Source: Octopus bimaculoides
Lineage: Eukaryota
DNA: 39,816 nt
Assembly (NCBI RefSeq): GCF_001194135.2
Contig: NC_068999.1
Span: 39,573,980 to 39,613,795 of the forward strand
Reading direction: 5' to 3'
The position numbers and the translations under genes are program-made. The notes beneath the pieces were generated by a model. That model was given only the letters and a program-made list of their open reading frames with translations, was not told the DNA's origin and did not search any database. Below, piece by piece: positions 34,597 through 39,816 of this stretch (position 1 is its first letter; each line of letters opens with the position of its first letter).

Positions 34597-37464
34597 GCAT
34601 ACATGCACATATCTTTCTATCTACCAATAAATTTAACTATTTATCTATCTATCTAACTATTTGTCTATTTCTATACGTAACTATGGATATATATAAGCCT
34701 GTGCATAAGAGTGTATATGTTTGTGTGTGCTTTTTTGTGTTTTTGTGCGTGCATGTGTATGTGTGCATATACGTATGTGTACACCATATTAGACAGTAAA
34801 TACTGGCATTGTTCGAGAAACAGAGAGAAAGTGCGAGATTTGCAAATACGAAGTTGTTATCAATACATTGCTAAACATTGCATAACATTGCATTCCTACT
34901 TAATAATATAATCTATGGCGACATGACGACAATTTCTTAAGTTTTCTTATTGAAATGAAATCTCGCGCATTGTGATTTCTCTAATGATTGTTGGCTAAGT
35001 AATTCTCAAGTAATTTATATGCATTAAATAAAGCATTAGCTACTTCATCTGAATGAATTATATCATTATAAGTCATTCCTACTGCATAGAGCTTATGACT
35101 ATAGATAAACAAAAGTTAATGGATTTATTTAAACTGTGCTTTCTTTTCCTCATCTTGCAGGAAATGAATTAGAACATCGAACAAAATACTTTCTTCTATA
35201 CGCTTGTTACTCTACTTCCCGTGTTCGAGTCCACCCTTGGCACATTTTGGAATTAAATCCTTCCAGATTTCTGCTGAAGCAATAATTACATTGATGTAAT
35301 CGACTGATTCAAATGATATGCTTATTAAAAATTATGTGCCCATCAAATTGCGATGTAACCTGTTTAATTTGACTTCAATGTTTATACACTGTACTGTCTT
35401 TTTTATATTTTTGCTTCATTTCGGAATTCAACGGAATTATATTTCAATGATGTGTATTTTTTTTACATGAGTGTATTAATTAATGACATGGAAATAAATT
35501 TTGGAATAATTAATATTTAGAATGGGCTAAGCGAAGTGGAAGCATACAGGAAGACGGAAAGTGACGCTAAAGGGGTGACCAAAGATTTCCGGAAAATAGA
35601 CATTAAATAAAATACGAACAGTAATAAACGAGTGAAGAATGATATTACAGTACGTCTGTTTATTTGGCAGAAAAAAATGACTATCCCGAAATATAACAAT
35701 GTCTGTTTTGAAGACACAATTTCATATCAGAGATCTTGCAACGCAAACACATAAACGTAAAATACTTCGTGTTTATTGTTAATTTAGTACGATTAGACAT
35801 TTCTTAAGTTCTGGGGATGGGGGTCGCACCATTAGGAATCTATATGAGAAAAAAATGCATATATATATATACATTGAAATTCTGTTGTGATCAACATATT
35901 TTCTAATCTTAGCAACCAAATCTATAACAACATTATGCACCTGATTGAATAAAGAAATAAAAGGCAGTATTCATCACAGAAATCTGAGATGTATATTTGA
36001 CAGAACGCGATGACCATGACTAAAACAACTGTCATTCTATATCGGTTCAATCACGGCTAGCCCTAGCTGAAACACACTGATTTTCATAAGTTCTAATTTA
36101 TAATGAGTTACAATGGAATTGCAATATATGAGATTGGAACACGAGTGTTTCATTTTATTTTTTGTCACAACTGACTATCATTCTGCCTTTAAATACGTGG
36201 ATGTATTTAGAAGTCATTGTCGAGTCTGTTAGATGCAAGAAACACTATGGCATGTATTCGCCAAGTCGCTAACGAAAATTACAGAATAGGCTTTACTACT
36301 TTGGGGGTGTAGCTTTACATAATTTGTCAGAATTGCTTAACGTAAATGTTAATGTTATCGTAAATTTTAATATTTTCGTTTAAACAAAGTTGCAAGCATC
36401 AAAGACGAGGGCGATGTTACGTCTGCCAATTTGTATGCTTCAGGTCATAGCATTTATTCTTTGGAACAAACTTCATTTAATTTGTGTTTAGCTTTCATAA
36501 AAGGAAAAAACGTAACACGAAATCGTTTATGTTGACAGTAAATCAGATATTAAATACCAAATTTAGAAATCAATATTTTATATTCAACAAAGGTCAACTC
36601 ATCGAAAGACAGACAAAATTATGGAGTAGCATGAAATGTCAATGAAGAAAAAGGCTCAATGATATAAGTATACACATCCGAGAACAAACACAAATACATT
36701 GAATATTAAACGCATACACGGGCAGACATGAAGATAAACAAATACACCTAGATACTGAAATACACACGCATACGCACGCATACGCACGCACAGATATACA
36801 GAGACTTATATATGCAGTACTGCGTTTACATGCATGAAAAATAAAACTTAATATATGCAGTACAGTGCTGATGATGAAGATGATCGTGGCTATTAATGAT
36901 AATGATGGCTAAACACAAGTTTACATCATAGTTCCTACACGCGTTTCACTATTATGTTTGGCTGGATCCCTGCGTCATACGATCCTAATGCCATTAGATG
37001 TTCAAGCATAACACACCCTATAACTCTACAGCTGCATATACATATATATGAATGTATTCTTAGATATTTTTACTTCGGATAGTATGGATTGGCCAAGATT
37101 CATTAAAGAGGTACTTGCTAAAAGTTATCGACGTGTATGTATAGGTATGCTTTGCATTATGTGTGTCTATGCGTATGTGTGTTTATGTGTGTGCGCGTAT
37201 GTGTTTGTGCATGTGTGGGTGAAGTGTGTGAGTGCGCGTGTCTCCGTGTATGTACACGTATACTCGTGTATTTTGTGATATCTCTATCATGTGTAGTTCG
37301 CAGTGCAACACTTGATATTTCGCAAGTTTTCGGTAAGATTTATAGAGTTACAGATTTAAATAAGTATCTATGTTGATATTATTGACTATGTCTCTGCTAG
37401 CAATATCGCATTGATGGCGGAAAAGTGTAATACAACAAGAGAATGTATATAATTACGCATATAT

Positions 37465-37641
37465 NNNNNNNNNNNNNNNNNNNNNNNNNNNNNNNNNNNN
37501 NNNNNNNNNNNNNNNNNNNNNNNNNNNNNNNNNNNNNNNNNNNNNNNNNNNNNNNNNNNNNNNNNNNNNNNNNNNNNNNNNNNNNNNNNNNNNNNNNNNN
37601 NNNNNNNNNNNNNNNNNNNNNNNNNNNNNNNNNNNNNNNNN
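37465..37641. other. Assembly gap (N) flanked by (TA)n
   Basis: Run of N. Confidence 0.99.
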
Positions 37642-37642
37642 N

Positions 37643-37695
<53 letters not shown>

Positions 37696-38639
37696 GTATA
37701 TGTATATTTATATATACAGACATATCGTTAGATAGATATATGTGCGCATGATAATATATGTGTCATCTACATTTCCCTTTTGGATGTTTTAAAATCGGAT
37801 ATTCACTTCCACATAAATTGTTATACGATTTCCCATGGACATAAACTTAATTCTTATAAATGCATTCATCCATTTGAGTGTGTGAGTGTGTGTATGTGTG
37901 CGTGCATGCGCGTGTGTGTGTATGTGTGTGTGTGCATACGTGTGTGTGTGTCTGCATGTATATTTGTGTGCTTATATCCTGATTACTTGTAAATAGGGAG
38001 ATATAGAAATAGAGAAAACCTACAATCGTTTGTTGTATGAAAACCTGTTGCAAACAGCTGATGTAAAATCCATTTACGCTGATACTCTTAATTTTATGAA
38101 ATCAAGGTATGAGCATTTGGTGTATTAAAATCGAGTTTTATAAACTAATTTCTAGTGACAGACAGACTTGCTATCTTTTAAGTACAGATATGCAAGCTTT
38201 CAGACGTAAAATAGTCAAGACAACGTGTTCATAAATATTTTCAGCTTTTAATCCCTTGATGTTTTTTTTGGATAGCTTTTCTTGTGTGTATTTACAATGT
38301 AAATTATCGTTAAAGCATTCTTTTACTATGTTGAAAAATATATAAGATAACGGCTGACAATATAATTAAAAAAAAGTGAAGATTCAATATTTTTATTAAC
38401 GGGTATGATAAGGAACATTACAATTACTGTCAAAAGATAATTATACACTTACATGAGATCAATAAATTGTAAGGGAAATAGTGAAACAAGGTGCAGCAAC
38501 AAATTCCGTTACACTTACACATCGGAAGTATTCATTCATAGCATTGTTCACAATAAAATGTTGTGTCCTCTGTCAAATGTATTCAGTTATCTTACATTCT
38601 TTTATACTTTTAATTATCTCAATGATTGGATTACAACCA

Positions 38640-38965
38640 AGCTTGGGAACCTCTTTGGAAGTGTTTATTGATTGAATCCTGCATTTGTTTTGCTCTTCTA
38701 TCGGTCTTTTGTGTAACCAACAGGTGACGGAGACGTTAACATACCTACACCGGTGGCTGGATAAAGGCAAAAACGTACACGCACAACCATAAAAAAAATA
38801 CACACACGTATATGGGATGCATCTACAAATTTTCGTGAAAAAACTCATCTTATAAGTTATTGGTTCACCCAAGACTATAGTAAAATAAATTTGTAAAAAG
38901 TACCATGTAATGAATATGAACCCGAAAGCACGTGATTGTGAAGTTTTAGTTCTCAACAACAGAAC
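38640..38965 (-). mobile_element. SINE family B decayed copy
   Basis: TCTATCGGTCTTTTG...GACGGAGACGTTAACATACCTACACCGG, an internal CA tract, then TTGGTTCACCCAAGACTATAGTA...TGAACCCGAAAGCACGTG; colinear with the 27600 copy. Confidence 0.7.
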
Positions 38966-39457
38966 CGATGTTTATGAAATACATCAGCACGTCTTGGCAT
39001 AATTATATCCAGCGGAAAATATCAAATAAATTTACGTTTTTTACAAGTCTCGCTTTTAAGTATATCTGTTTAAAGTTTTTTTTTTTTTTTTTTTTTTTTA
39101 CTATAGGTGGAGGTTATGTTTAATTGATATATTATTCTGTTGAAATAACGTCTAAATATATTTGCCATACGCGGTATGTAAGTATGCATATATCATTAGT
39201 TATGTGGTATCATTGTAATACATTTTTTTATATGAACTGAATGATTTTTTAAAAGTAAAATATTTACTCTATTCAGCCTTTGTAGTAAATATCTATTAAT
39301 ACACGTTAACTATGATTATTATTCTCCAAGCTCACTCTGTATTTAAAGACTACACATATACCTTATGTTTATCCATTGCGTGCCTTTCATAGACAAAGCA
39401 TGTTGATTTTCCACAAATTAATATTGCATTCGTAAGCCAAATCGTCATAACGTTTCA

Positions 39458-39494
39458 TTCTTCTTCTTCTTCTTCTTCTTCTTCTTCTTCTTCT

Positions 39495-39541
<47 letters not shown>

Positions 39542-39659
39542 TTCTTCTTCTTCTTCTTCTTCTTCTTCTTCTTCTTCTTCTTCTTCTTCTTCTTCTTCTT
39601 CTATTATTATTGCTGTTATTGTTTTTTATTATTATAGTTTTTATTATTATTATAATTAC

Positions 39660-39723
<64 letters not shown>
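39458..39723. repeat. (CTT)n (about 47 units) followed by (ATT)n
   Basis: Direct read. Confidence 0.96.
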
Positions 39724-39726
<3 letters not shown>

Positions 39727-39816
39727 TAGTTTTATTTTTATAACGTGCTTTCACTTCACTACCGAGCGCAGCTCTGTGCGCCTTGGGTATGTGCTGTGGT
39801 TTGCTGTGGTGCTCTT
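39722..39816 (-). mobile_element. Probable 3' terminus of a Dong/R4-type non-LTR retrotransposon, running off the window edge
   Basis: Minus strand reads ...AAGAGCACCACAGCAAACCACAGCACATACCCAAGGCGCACAGAGCTGCGCTCGGTAGTGAAGTGAAAGCACGTTATAAAAAATAAAACTACTG(AAT)n. This is a unique 3' UTR fused to a TAA array, as expected for TAA-targeting Dong elements. I recall this 3' end from Octopus LINE copies; no ORF lies inside the window. Confidence 0.55.

Overview
This is AT-rich, microsatellite-saturated eukaryotic DNA, intronic or intergenic in character, with five N gaps that each abut a (TA)n tract. Its interspersed repeats resemble two tRNA-derived SINE families I recall from Octopus (coleoid cephalopod) genomes; this is recollection, not a database hit. 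I cannot support any complete or recognisable host protein-coding gene. Almost all ORF-track entries (HTHT, CVCV, IYIY, poly-I/N/D/L) are translated microsatellites, and several protein-like ones are SINE read-throughs. Supported content: a 5'-truncated mariner (DD34D) transposon with its 3' TIR and TA; about 12 copies or fragments of SINE family A and 4-5 of family B; weak RTE-like and CR1-like LINE remnants; an (AAT)n-tailed interspersed repeat; and a probable Dong/R4-type LINE 3' end at the right edge, inserted in (TAA)n. Leads worth a second look: a CpG-containing unique island near 1.56-1.83 kb with correctly spaced CCAAT/TATA/Inr and an antisense GTAAGT donor (possible bidirectional promoter); an inverted SINE-palindrome-SINE arrangement (possible dsRNA/ADAR substrate); a SINE-derived cryptic exon; a 74-bp perfect palindrome; a CTCF-like motif; and several unverified candidate exons. 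I found no convincing novel multi-gene system.
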